Part shown: piece by piece, positions 53,084-64,000 of the stretch
How the letters are laid out: every line of letters starts with the position of its first letter
Numbering within the stretch: position 1 is the stretch's first letter
Assembly (NCBI RefSeq): GCF_004010195.1
Contig: NC_057751.1
Location: 3,347,733 to 3,411,732, forward strand
Reading direction: 5' to 3'
DNA from: Chiloscyllium plagiosum
Lineage: Eukaryota
Length of the DNA: 64,000 nucleotides
The notes under the pieces: generated by a model
What the model saw: the letters and a program-made list of their open reading frames with translations, nothing else
Database searches by the model: none
What the model was told of the DNA's origin: nothing
Translations under genes and position numbers: made by a program

Positions 53084-53808
53084 TCCACACACACCCCCCC
53101 CCCCCCCACATAGACATGCACGCACTCACTCACAGATGCGCTCACACAGGCTTGCACACACACACACCCTTTCCAATGAGATTATCAAATGTTTGTCTTA
53201 ACATTTAACCCACCTGTGACTGGAACATTTTCACCCCCAAAGTGCTGTATTTCTGAAGAGAAACGTTTTGATTCAGCAGGGATGGACTCAGCAGTATTCT
53301 GTGGTTGTATGCATTTTCACAGCTGGAGAATGGTGTGTACTCAGGGTGGAACCTAAAATGACAGGAGAGAGGGAAAAAAGCTAACCCAGAAAGGAGAGAT
53401 CAATACAGTGTTTGTAGCAGAAACCCACGTGTCTTCGAGAGAAATGTTTACTTGACACCTCAAAACAGTGCAATTCTGTTTGGAAGAAAAATATATTTTT
53501 CTCCTCTGCAGGCATTGCCAAACAAGGCAGTGGGTTAGAGGGTTAGCAGATGTTATGTTTTGTGGTCAGTGCTACCATAAAGTGTTGTGAGTCACTAAAG
53601 CTGATCCAAGTATATGGACTGGTCCAGGGCTTCAGGGATAAAGACCGAGCCGAAGTATGGCTTTAACCTTGAAACTTGAGCTCGAGTGGTTGATTTACAA
53701 CTTGACTTTAAAATATGCAATCGAAAGTCTGGATGAAGCAATTATGAAACCATGACTTTGTTGTTCAGAGCAGAGCTGAGTTTTCTCATGCACTTCATGA
53801 GAAAACTT

Positions 53809-54044
53809 CACGGTGGCACAGTGGTTAGCACTGCTGCCTCACAGCGCCAGTAGACCTGGGTTCAATTCCCGCCTCAGGCGACTGACTGTGTGGAGTTTGC
53901 ACGTTCTCCCCGTGTCTGCGTCTAAATTGCCCCTAGTGTTAGGTAAGGGGTAAATGTAGGGGTATGTGTGGGTTGCGCTTCGGCGGGGCGGTGTGGACTT
54001 GTTGGGCCGAAGGGCCTGTTTCCACACTGTAAGTAATCTAATCT
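53809..54044 (+). mobile_element. tRNA-derived SINE, internally deleted
   Basis: cacggtggcacagtggttagc A-box region, B box GGTTCAATTCC, and an aatctaatct tail. Confidence 0.87.
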
Positions 54045-55290
54045 CTAAAATCTTCAGGAAATATGTCGCACTGACCAAGTAAAGCCTACACAGGATTTGG
54101 GATTTGTGTTTTGCAATTTGCGATATGTCCAGTTGGACAAAGCTGCTGCAGCCACTTGCATTCCGTGGTTGACAGAAGGTCAAGAGGTCACACCACGTTA
54201 GGTCAATGAGCACTGGGCAACAACTTTGTCTCTTGGCAGCCTCCCAGTGAAGGAGTGACCAGCAAGTGCAAAAGACAGCCTGAGTTACAGTGCTGAACCC
54301 AAGCTGGGCCTCAGTGATCTGGTCCAGGGAAGGCAAAGTCACTCCGGCTGAACTCCCTACTTGGGTTGACCACTGGGCTCAAGCTGTCGCCATGGTCAAG
54401 CTAGTTTCCCAAACGTCGTGTTTCTTAGCCCGAAAGTGGAGAAGAGTCACTCCAGGAATACTTTTTGAGGCATGAGTCAGCACCTGGAGGGGAAAAAAAG
54501 ACGAGACAAACTGTAACAGTTGGAAGAAGTTGAATGGAAGCGTGGACCTGGGATTTCTTTGGGTTGTACCTGACAGTCATGTGTGACAGTGCCACCTGTC
54601 TGTGTGGGGAGCGCACAGTGTTGACGCAAAACCAAATTTCAGGGCAGCTTTTTGTTCAGGAATTTTTACTTTAAAAACGTGCTTGTGCTTGTGTTTGCTG
54701 CCACAATTTCTCTCCGAGCTTCTCGCTGACAGCCTCTGACTCTATTCCTCGCTTGCTCGCTATTATCCAAATCTGCGCCAGTGAAACTGTCAGAAGGCAA
54801 ACATTCCCACTTTGATCAGTGACTCTGAAAGCCAGCAATCCCATCAGTTTGATATGCACTGCTGTCGGAAATATTGAAATGAGTTCAGTGGTATTGCTTC
54901 TTTGGATGCGATGTCACTAAGCAACAAGTTATCAGCTAATTGGCAGCTATTCACTCTGTCTGTGGATTTTAGCACCAACCAGTGGATTTTTTTAAACCTT
55001 CTGTGGGAACAAATAAGCATGTCGGTCAACTAAACACCAATCACAGCTTAATCATTGAAATGAGTGAGAGAGCATGGAAATGTTTTTGCGATTGGTTGTT
55101 CATGATTTATTTCTTGTGGTGAAAGCAGCTGGAAGCTTTCTGCAAGAGGGCAAAGATTGTTTTCCTCCTTATTAGATACTTGAAGGAGAGAGAAAAAAAA
55201 CTCAGGGATATGGAGCATGAGACTAATTGGATCGCAGTTCAAACCAGTCAACTGGAGTTCTCCTTCAGTGGTGTGTTTGATCTAAACTGG

Positions 55291-55601
55291 ATGGTGGCAC
55301 GTTAGCACTGCTGCCTCATGGGCGCCAGGGACCCACGTTTGATCCCACCCTTGGACGACTGTCTGTGTGGAGTTAGCACGTTCTCCCCCTGTCTGTGTGG
55401 GTTTCCTCCCACAGTCTAAAGATGTGCAACTTGGATTGACCATGCTAAACTGCCCATCGTGTCTAGGGATGTGCAAATTAAGTTGATTAGCCAGGGGAAA
55501 TGTGGGGTCATGGGGATCGTTTATGAAGCTGTTTGGAGGGTTGTTGCAGAGTCAACAGGCTGCATGGCCTGTATCTGCACTGTAGGGATTCCATGATTCT
55601 A
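55291..55601 (+). mobile_element. tRNA-derived SINE, older copy
   Basis: Degenerate head and the shared core (gactgtctgtgtggagttagcacgttctcccc), with a gattccatgattcta tail. Confidence 0.8.
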
Positions 55602-56703
55602 TTGTATTGTTTGGCCATTTGTACTCACATGAGAATGCCTAACATTGGCACAAACCCTTTAAACTTTGCTTCTTGGAGCACTTAGTTGGCTGTGAAGTAT
55701 TTTCAGTCATCTGGAGGTTGGGAACGCAGTAATTTAAATGCAGTTGCTTTCTCAGTCAGTTCTTCCCGTGGATTTTGGAGCTGTCACTGCAGAGTGAAGG
55801 ACATGGTCAAAGCAGCAAACCAATTGAGGAGCCACTCTTGATCTAAAATCTGCAGTTAGTTCCTTTAACTGAGGGGTTACAGTCAATACTATTACAGCAA
55901 TGTGGAAATGGCATGCTGTAAAAGAGGAAGTCTTTTCAAAATTCACTTTCCAATATTTGGGAATGAACTTAATGACTGGTGTGTCACACCTTTGTTTGTT
56001 GAGATCGTTTTCATGTTGGAGTTAAGTTTCTCCTTTGCAAAGGGTCTGGTAGATCAGAATATTGCTGGGGTTCTCAACTTTTGGTGATCCATTGGTCTGT
56101 TCTCCTGCTGCCAGGCAATCTCTCTAGTTCAATCATCTTTCCTTTCCCATCTTCAGTATTTTCAAAACTGGTAACCAGTTGTGGAGAGAAACTAGAGGAA
56201 AAGGCCACTTTTTTTGCTTAACACTGTGATTTCTTTATCCCCCTGGATTGCTCACAGGAATGCCTCGGAAATTGATTCAGCAGTCTTGAACACAGCTGAC
56301 CAGACGAAAGCACGATCCTGCACGTGTTGCAATCTCTGACTTAACAGAGGAAAAGCTGTTCAGCCGGTCAGGCAGCAGCTTTGGAGAGGCAGAACAATTG
56401 ATGTTTCAGCTCCATGTCCTTTCATCAGAGCCGGAAATTGTGTGAACAGCAGAGATGCATGGCAAGGTTTGGACAAGTACAGACTGGAGGAAGGAGGGAG
56501 TGGCAAGGCAGGATCGAACATTGGGGAAGGTCTGTGACGTTTAAAGGGCTGGAGTGATTAACTGGCAGGAAGGCTGATAGGTTCAGAACAAAAAAAGGAG
56601 CACGATGGGCTATCAGAATGGTTGAGTATGCGTTGATCTAGTTGGGAGCAGAGTGTGATGTGATCAAGGTGTGTCACTGACAAGTGGCCGAGAAAGGAAA
56701 GTT

Positions 56704-56949
56704 GTTGAAGTGTGGTGCTGGAAAAGCACGGCAGATCAAGCAGCATCCGAGGAGTAGGAGAATAGACATTTCACGCATAAGCTCTTCATCTGGAATGTTG
56801 GGGGTGGGGTGGTGAAGGGGGCTGAGGGATAAATAGGAGCGTGGGGGTGGAGCTGGGGGCAATAAGTCAGTGGGAAAGGTGGAGCAGATAGGTGGGAAAG
56901 AAGATGGACAGATCAAGAGGACAGTGACCTGCAGTCCTCACTTTGTCCT
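56704..56949. mobile_element. PLE terminal-repeat insertion with an inverted tail and a degenerate hammerhead
   Basis: Imperfect 13-bp TSD agaa(a/g)ggaaagtt (56691-56703 and 56950-56962). Ends with ctgcagtcctcactttgtcc, the reverse complement of the family tail. Confidence 0.75.
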
Positions 56950-58289
56950 AGAAGGGAAAGTTCTCCAAACTAAACAGTGCTATCTGCATTTACTCACCTT
57001 ACCAGTTACCACTGTACTTATTCTTTCCCCATCTGTCAAAGCCGAGTGTTGTGAGATCTGAGCTCCTGTATGTGCACATGTACAGGAGTACCAATCTTGA
57101 TACTGGCCAGCTGATGGTGGTGAATGGATATTCCTGTGAAAATCCTCCCACTTCATATTGACAGAAAACATTTTGTCTGGCAGTCATGTCTCTTCCTTGT
57201 TCTCTCCCTGACCGAACAGCAGAGTTTTCCAGGATTCAAGTGTTATAATCATTACCGTGAAGTAATTTACATATTATAACATAACATGGGGTGGATGTAG
57301 GTCTCTAATTATATGGTTAATATGAAATCCATTTTGTAAGAAATAAGCCACCTCCATTCCCATGGCAAAACAGTCTGCTGTGGGAAACAGCAGCCACAGT
57401 CTCAGCACTTGACAATTCACAGTGATTGTTGCAGGAGTAACTCTTTCAGTAAAAGCAAGAAAACAGACAATAATTCCTGGAAAGGTTCCTTGCTTAATAT
57501 ACAGATAAGCGGCTCGTTAGACCTCAAATCCCATGTGAGGTGGCTCATGGTTCAGTTCAGGATCAAAACTTGTCAGTGATTCACGAATGCTTTCCCAAGG
57601 TTTTGATGGATATGTGATGGAACGTGAGTTCGGCATAAACCAGTATTTTAAGTAAAAAACATCTGCTGTGACCTTTTTCTTCAGGAGAGGTGGAAGGTTT
57701 CTCTTTGAGTCCTCCCTCACATAGAATGTAATGAATGATTCAAAAAGAGGAATATTGGCTCACGAAAGACAGATTATTGGAACGTTTTCACTGACCTGAG
57801 CATTGGGGAATATTTTCCATTTCTAGGAAGTATTTCAAACTTAACATTACCTTAGCAGCAGGGAGCAGTTCTGACTGAACTGCTCCCTTCCCTTTCTGGG
57901 TGAATCAAGTATGTCAAAAGTTCACATTTTGTCAAATTATCATGATGTGCCTTTTGTGCAATCCCACCATTTCACACTGACTCGTGGTGTGAGGTTGAGG
58001 CTCCATGTTTAATTTGGAGATCATTCCCCTCCCTGCTTCAGGACTTGTATTTTTAAAAAAAAGTAAATTTAACTAACCTGATATATGCCACACTATTAAA
58101 CATAAATAACATGTTTTATGACCTTTGCATTCACTCTTAGCTTTTGAAATAGTTATTTAGCAATGTGAGAAGAAGGGCAATTCTTCTCACAGCAAGGTTC
58201 CAGACAACTCTGGGCACCCAAACCTTGTATTTTATTGTGGATATTTCTCCTGTCACATTCACTTGTGTTACAGTATTGTACATGAACCC

Positions 58290-58316
58290 CACACACACAC
58301 ACACACACACACACAC
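58290..58316. repeat. (CA)n microsatellite
   Basis: Direct reading. Confidence 0.95.
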
Positions 58317-60454
58317 TGTCATAAAACTTGTTTGTTTTAATTAACAAGCCTTGGGAAATTATAACTCATGAATTTGAAAAGGTGATAATGTTTTTTTGGA
58401 AAAGTGATTTAGAAGTGATGTCCAAGGTATTGGGCAAGAATTTGGCTTGACTGAAATGTCTTTGTCTGATTCTTGTGGCTTAAGGTGGTCTGTTTGAATT
58501 GTTTCATGAGACAACTTGCTTGTAATTGAATCAAACACATCAACAATGATGAATCAATTGCTGACCACGTCATGTTGTTGCTCATGAATTCGCATTTTGA
58601 CCTGTACACTTGGAAATAGACAAGCAATTGTCAACTTGTTTCCCAGTCAGGTTTATTTTAGTGGAAGAATTTATCTTTTTTTTCATTTAATCTCTCAGAA
58701 ATTGCTTTCCTTTGTTATTCAAATTCCCAGTTATGTTATCACAACCAAAGTATTGTCTATTGAAGTCAATCATGAACCCTTTAAACTAGAAACTTGATTA
58801 CAGAGTATGAATCTCAGAATCTTTTCTGAAAGATTTTCACATTATGCTGAGCGGCAGTATTGGGAATTTGCTTTAATTTCTGTCTTTATTTTGATGAACA
58901 GAACTCACACTGTGCACAAGAAATCACATCTTTACGAAACATGCAAGATGACATTTGAAAACAAGTGGAATCTACGTAAATGGCAAAGGGCTAATTGGAC
59001 AAGTAGAGGCAAACACAGTGCAGCTTGGCCGAGTGACATTTTACCAGAGGCTATGTTTCAAACTGGGATAAACTTTCTTTTAAAAAGATATATATTCTAT
59101 GTACTCTGAAAGGCAATTTGCATGCTTTCTGCATCAGTCATCTTTCAGGCTACAGCAATCCGAATGAAATGTCAAAGCAGCACATATTCCACAAAGCTAT
59201 GACATTTTCTCATTAGAAAAGGTGGATAAGATCCCTTCGTCATAATGAGCATAATTCAATGACAATATCCTGCAAGGTCCAAGCACACAGTCTCCACAAT
59301 GCTGTATTTTATCTGAGTTTTCTTTTTGTTGCTTGCACAAGTGAGTACTTGTGCTGCACATGACAAGGGGTCAGCCTAAGTCTCTGGAAATGGGTTTGCG
59401 TGATGAAAGCTTTGTTAGATTTAAATACGATATTCATTGACTCATTTCACTCTGGCAACAGTTTGCATTGGGACTGAAAGTGATGATGCAAGCCTGTCAC
59501 TTCTGCTTGCAGCCTGATCTTGTCTCCCAGCAAGGGTTTGTCGCTGCAGCCAGACGGGCTGTCAGTGCGCTCCTGCTTTCGCTGCACTCCTCTGTCTCAC
59601 CATTGGCTGGATTGAGAAAAGCCTTCAGTGAAATTCCTCGAAAGTTCCTTCTCGGGTTCATCCAGCAACTGAAGGTTTTGGTCAGTGCGGCCTCTCATCT
59701 TGTGGTTGGTAACCTGGTGGATGTTGGTACAAGCAACTTTACCCTTGTTGCCAGGTTTGCAGTGATCACCAAAGTACCTTACAAACCCAGCATTCCAGTC
59801 TCACTCAGCCGAAGCAGTCAGAATCTGCTTGATTTTAAAATTCTGTCTCAAACCCAAGGCTGTGCCAAAGACAGCAATGATGCTCCACACTGATTCACAT
59901 TAGTGTAACCATTTGTAGTAATTCAATCGTGTACAAGAAGAATCTTCAGTGCAGAAGTAGCTGTTGGCTGTTCAGCCTATTGGAAAATAGGCAAACTGCA
60001 CTCAGGAAAATTCCAACCAGCTATTACACAGCTCAGCTAACCATCAGTGCTTGTCCTTGGGTGTAGTAGTTTGTGGTAACATTCTGTTATCTGACAGAGT
60101 TGTTAGAAGAACTGCAAAAGCAGCACAATGCTACAGCACACGAATCCCCTTAAACATCTTGTGGCTGTACACATTTACGGATTACTCATTTAATATTGTG
60201 CAGGCAATCTGACTTAAAATTCATGCCCGTGTGAGCCACTGTTTGCAAACCTTACTATCTGCTGCCAGTCTTGAGTTGAATCTTGGTAAACCCTATCCAT
60301 TTTCAGTTTCCCAGGTCAATGTTTTTGATGGAAACAAACTCTATTTCTTCATCTCTTTGTGATTGCCAAACACAAACATAAGGTGGTGCATGCCTGACTC
60401 ACCTTCTTTCTCCCCACCAACCCCCTCACCCCACCTACAAATTGTTCAAAATGC

Positions 60455-61085
60455 TTTTATTAATATAAAGTTTTATTGAAAAAGGGATTTTTAAATAATA
60501 CAACAAATCCAAAACAATACAATGCAAAACAGTTCAAAGAAAAAACCACAGAACTGCACTCATATACAAATATGTATATGTAAAAGAAAAAAGGACCAAC
60601 AAAATAAATAAGCAGAAACTAATAACTAACAACTAACTAATAAATAATAACATGGTGTAGCGAGACAAAACAATAGCTCTCAACCAGTGAGAGCATTAAT
60701 TTATACATATTCAAATGTTCATCATTCCTCCTCTCTGGGTGTTGGATTCATGAAACACAATTGTTATGGCAGTATAAAAGCCCTTATGAGCGTGGCAGAC
60801 AAATCTGTGACCAGGTAGTCCAAAAAGGGCCGCCACGTCTTCCAGAAATTCTCCGTTTTATGGTGCACCATATTTGGAAGAAAATCCAAAGGGGTATGCA
60901 CGCTTGACCCCTGGGGCATTTTCAGACACCCAACACAGCAGAAAGCTTTTTCTTGCAGAGGAAGTCAGGATATTGATAAGGTTTTTTTATGCGCATCAAA
61001 AGGAAGTACACCAGCCAGGCCAAGAACAAGAGAGACCAGGTCCATCTCCGCTTCTGTCCCTGAGATTCTCTCTACTTCACCTACC
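60455..61085 (-). mobile_element. L1/Tx1-clade LINE 3' fragment
   Basis: The minus strand translates to ...LINILTSSARKSFLLCWVSENAPG...NMVHHKTENFWKTWRPFLDYL, resembling the ORF2 C-terminus of non-mammalian L1. A T-rich 3'UTR and AATAAA (tttatt at 60472-60477) follow. Confidence 0.7.
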
Positions 61086-61089
61086 ACAT

Positions 61090-61195
61090 GGGTCTGGGTG
61101 GGTTACTCTTCGGAGGGTCGGTGTGGACTTGTTGGGCCAAAGGGCCTGTTTCCACACTGTCGGGAATCTAATTTAATATAGGTAATCTAATCTAC
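61090..61195 (+). mobile_element. SINE 3' fragment
   Basis: gggtctgggtgggttactcttcggagggtcgg...tttccacactgt followed by an aatcta tail. Confidence 0.8.
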
Positions 61196-62353
61196 CAATA
61201 AAAGCTAACACACTGTATGCCTTCTTAACAACTTTATCCACCTGGGTGGCAACTTTCAGGGTTCTATGTACATGGACACCGAGATCTTTGCTCTTCTACA
61301 CTTCCAAGAATCTTACCACTAGCCCAGTACTCTAAATTCCTGTTGTTCCTTCCAATGTGAAATACTTCACATTTTTCCACATTAAACTCCATTTGCCACC
61401 TTTCCGCCCAGCTCTGCAGTTTATCTATGTCCCTCTGTAACCTGCAACATCCTTCAGCACCATCCACAACTCCACCGACTTCAGTGTCATCTGGAAATTT
61501 ACTAACCCATCCTTCGACGCCCTCATCCAGGTCATTTATAAAAATGACAAACAGCAATAAATCCAAAACAGATCCTTGCGGTACACCACTATTAACTGAA
61601 CTCCAGAATAAATATTTCCCATCAAACACCACCCTCTGTCTTCTTTCAGTGAGCCAATTTCTGATCCAAACCGCAAGATCACCCTCAATCCGGTGCCTCT
61701 GTATTTTCTGCAATAGCCTTCCGTGAGGAACCGGATCAAATGCCTTACTGAAATACATATACATCGCATCAACCGCTTTACTGTCATCCACCCGTTTGGT
61801 CACCTTCTCAAAGAGCTCAATAAGGTTTGTGAGGCACGACCTACCCTTCGCAAAATCGTGTTGACTATCCCTAATCAACTTATTCCTTGAGGAATGATTA
61901 TAAATCCTATCTCTTCTAATCCTTTCCAAAACTTTGCCCACAACCGAAGTGAGGTTCACTGGTTTATAATTACTCGGGTTGTTGCTACTCGCCTTCTTGA
62001 ACAAAGGGACAACATTTGCTATTCTTAGTCTTCCGGCATTATTCCTGTAGACAATGACAATATCGAGATCAAAACCAAAGGCTCTGCAATCTCCTCCCTG
62101 GTTTCCCAGAGAATCCTAGGATAAATCCCATCCAGTCTAAGGGGACTTATCTGTTTCATACTTTCCAGAATTGCTAACACCTCTTCATTGTGAACGTCAA
62201 TCCCATCAATGACCTGTATCTCAGTATTCTCCTTGACAACGTTGTCTTTTTTCTGTGTGAATACTGATGAACAATATTCATTTAGCGCCTCTCCTATCTC
62301 CTTGGACTCCAAGCACAACTTCCCACTACTATCTATGACTGGCCCTAATCTTA

Positions 62354-62866
62354 GATTCGAGAGTGTGGTGCTGCAAAAGCATAGCAGGTCAGGCAGTATC
62401 TGAGGAGCAGGAGAATAGACATTTCAGGCAAAAGCCCTTCATCAGGAATGAAGCTGGAAGCTGAGGGGGTGGAGAGATTTGGGGGTGGGGGTTGGTGGGG
62501 CTGGGGGGAAGGTAGGTGAGAGTGCGAGAGGTAGATGGAGATGGGGGTAATGATGATAGGTCGGAGGGAGAGTGGAACAGATGGGTGGGAAGGAATATCG
62601 GCAGGTCATGAGGGCGGTGCTGAGCTGGAACTGGGGGGATGGGAAATGAGGAAACTGGTGAAATCCACTTTGATGCCATGGGGTTGGAGGGTCCCAAGGC
62701 AGAACGTGAGGCTTTCTTCCTCCTGGCGTCGGGTGGACAGGGCATGATGATGGAGACGGCATGTCCTTGGCAGAGTGGGAGGGGGAGTTGAAGTTTTCGG
62801 CTACAGGTCAGTGCGGTTGGTTGGTGTGGGTGTCCCAGAAATATTCTCTGAAGCGTTTTGCAAGGA
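62354..62866 (-). mobile_element. Penelope-like element 3' fragment (GIY-YIG endonuclease C-terminus plus terminal repeat) nested in CR1
   Basis: The minus strand reads LAKRFREY...PVAENFNSPSHSAKDM and RRQEEESLTFCLGTLQPHGIKVDF, typical of the PLE endonuclease C-terminus. TSD gg(c/a)cctaatctta at 62341-62353 and 62867-62879. Confidence 0.88.
62414..62449 (-). ncRNA. Hammerhead motif with near-intact core in the PLE terminal repeat
   Basis: AUUC-CUGAUGA-A-GGGC-UUUU-GCCU-GAAA-UGUC. Stem II has a G-U closing pair, stem III ACGU has decayed to AUGU, and stem I pairing is poor. Confidence 0.62.
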
Positions 62867-64000
62867 GGACCTAATCTTACCCTTCTTTTATTCCTGACAT
62901 ACCTGTAGAAATATTTGGGGTTTTCCTTGATCCTACTTGCCAAAGATTTCTCCTGTCCCCTCCTGGCTTTTCTTAGCTCTCTCTTTAGGTTCTCCCTCAC
63001 TAACCTGTAACTTCCAAGTGCCCTAACTGAGCCTTCACATCTCATCTTTACAAAAGCCTCCTCGTTCTTCTTGATGAGATTCAACTTCTTCCCTCACTCG
63101 ACCACTTCCTCCCTGCCTGACGGGTGCATACTTATCAAGGACATGCAGTAGCTGTTCCTTGAATAAGCTCCACATTTCAATTGTGTCCATCCCCTGCAGT
63201 TTCCTTCCCATCCTTTGCATCTGAAATCTTGCCTAATTGCTTCATAATTGCCTTTCCCCCAGCTTTTACTCTTGCCCTATGTTACATACTTGTCCTTTTC
63301 CATCGCTAAAGGAAACATAACCGAATTGTGGTCATTATCACCAAAGTGCTCACCTACCTCCACTTCTAACACCTGGCTGGGTTCATGACCCAATACCAAA
63401 CCCAATGTGGCCTCGCCCCTTGTTGGCCTGTCCACATACTGTGTCAGGAAACACATGGGACAAAAACTGACCCATCTAAAGTACTTGAACTATAGCGATT
63501 CCAGTCAATATTTGGAAAGTCAAAGTACCCCATAACAACTCCCCTGTTAGTTTCGCCACTATCCAAAATCATCTTTGCTATCCTTTCCTCTTTATCTCTG
63601 GTACTATTCTGAGATCTGTAGAAAACTCCCAACAGGGTGACCTCTCCTTGGCTGATTCTAACCTCAGCCTATACAACCCCAGGAGACGAATCCTCAAACG
63701 TCCTCTTTGCCACTATACTGTCCTTGATTAACAATGCTTCACCTCCCCCTGTTTTACCATCTTCTGAAACATCTAAATCCTGGAACCTGCAACAACTGTT
63801 CCAGTCACTGTTCTATCCATGTCTCCAAAATGGCCACAACATCAAAGTCTCAGGTACCAATCTATGCTGCAAGTTCACCCACTTCACTCCAGATGCTCTT
63901 GGTTTTGAAGTAGACACACTTCAAACCCCCTTTCTGCTGAGCGGAACACTCCTGTGATCTTAGAGTTATAAGAGATGTACAGCATGGAAACAGATCCTTC

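Larger units (their letters stand above)
61196..63955 (-). mobile_element. Long CR1 LINE ORF2 pseudogene (endonuclease plus reverse transcriptase), interrupted by a PLE
   Basis: Endonuclease motifs GVFYRS and VMGYFDFPNIDW at 63444-63632. IKENPKYFYRYV. RT motifs YKPVNLTSVVGK, FSKAFDPVPH, GVPQGSVL and SKFPDDT at 61264-62004. Frameshifts, and A>P in the (F)ADD motif. Confidence 0.93.

Noticed and set aside
61264..62004. Functional or domesticated reverse transcriptase gene
   Set aside because: It is part of a frameshifted CR1 ORF2 interrupted by a PLE, with an altered catalytic motif (FPDD).

Overview
Vertebrate genomic DNA, most likely a cartilaginous fish (shark), judged from its repeat families. 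The whole window appears to lie inside one + strand gene, BIN3 (bridging integrator 3, BAR-domain protein). Five small coding exons are recognisable: 12622-12670, 34752-34792, 34991-35052, 38893-39029 and 42263-42303. They splice in frame to (W)IPFKIGQPKKQIVPKT-VERDFEREYGKLQQ-LEDQIKKLHKDMKKSTEADI-AMSKSAVKISSDLLANPLCEQDQMFMETVTALDTAMRRMDTFNQEK-VNQIQKTAIEPLK(K). I did not find the first exon or the exons after exon 6. The introns are packed with CR1 LINE fragments, tRNA-derived SINEs, an L1-type fragment, two solo LTRs, a TA-flanked MITE, a ~3.85 kb 32/35-bp minisatellite and three assembly gaps. The most interesting layer is a set of Penelope-like element (PLE) insertions. Their terminal repeats carry minimal hammerhead-ribozyme motifs (CUGANGA-stem II-GAAA-palindromic stem III), several form inverted-repeat hairpins, and six have 13-14 bp target-site duplications. 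One copy with an intact catalytic core lies in the sense orientation of the BIN3 pre-mRNA, inside a ~250-bp hairpin. Hammerheads in PLEs are known in general, so any novelty is at the level of this lineage and locus. All calls were made by eye, and repeat boundaries without a TSD are approximate.
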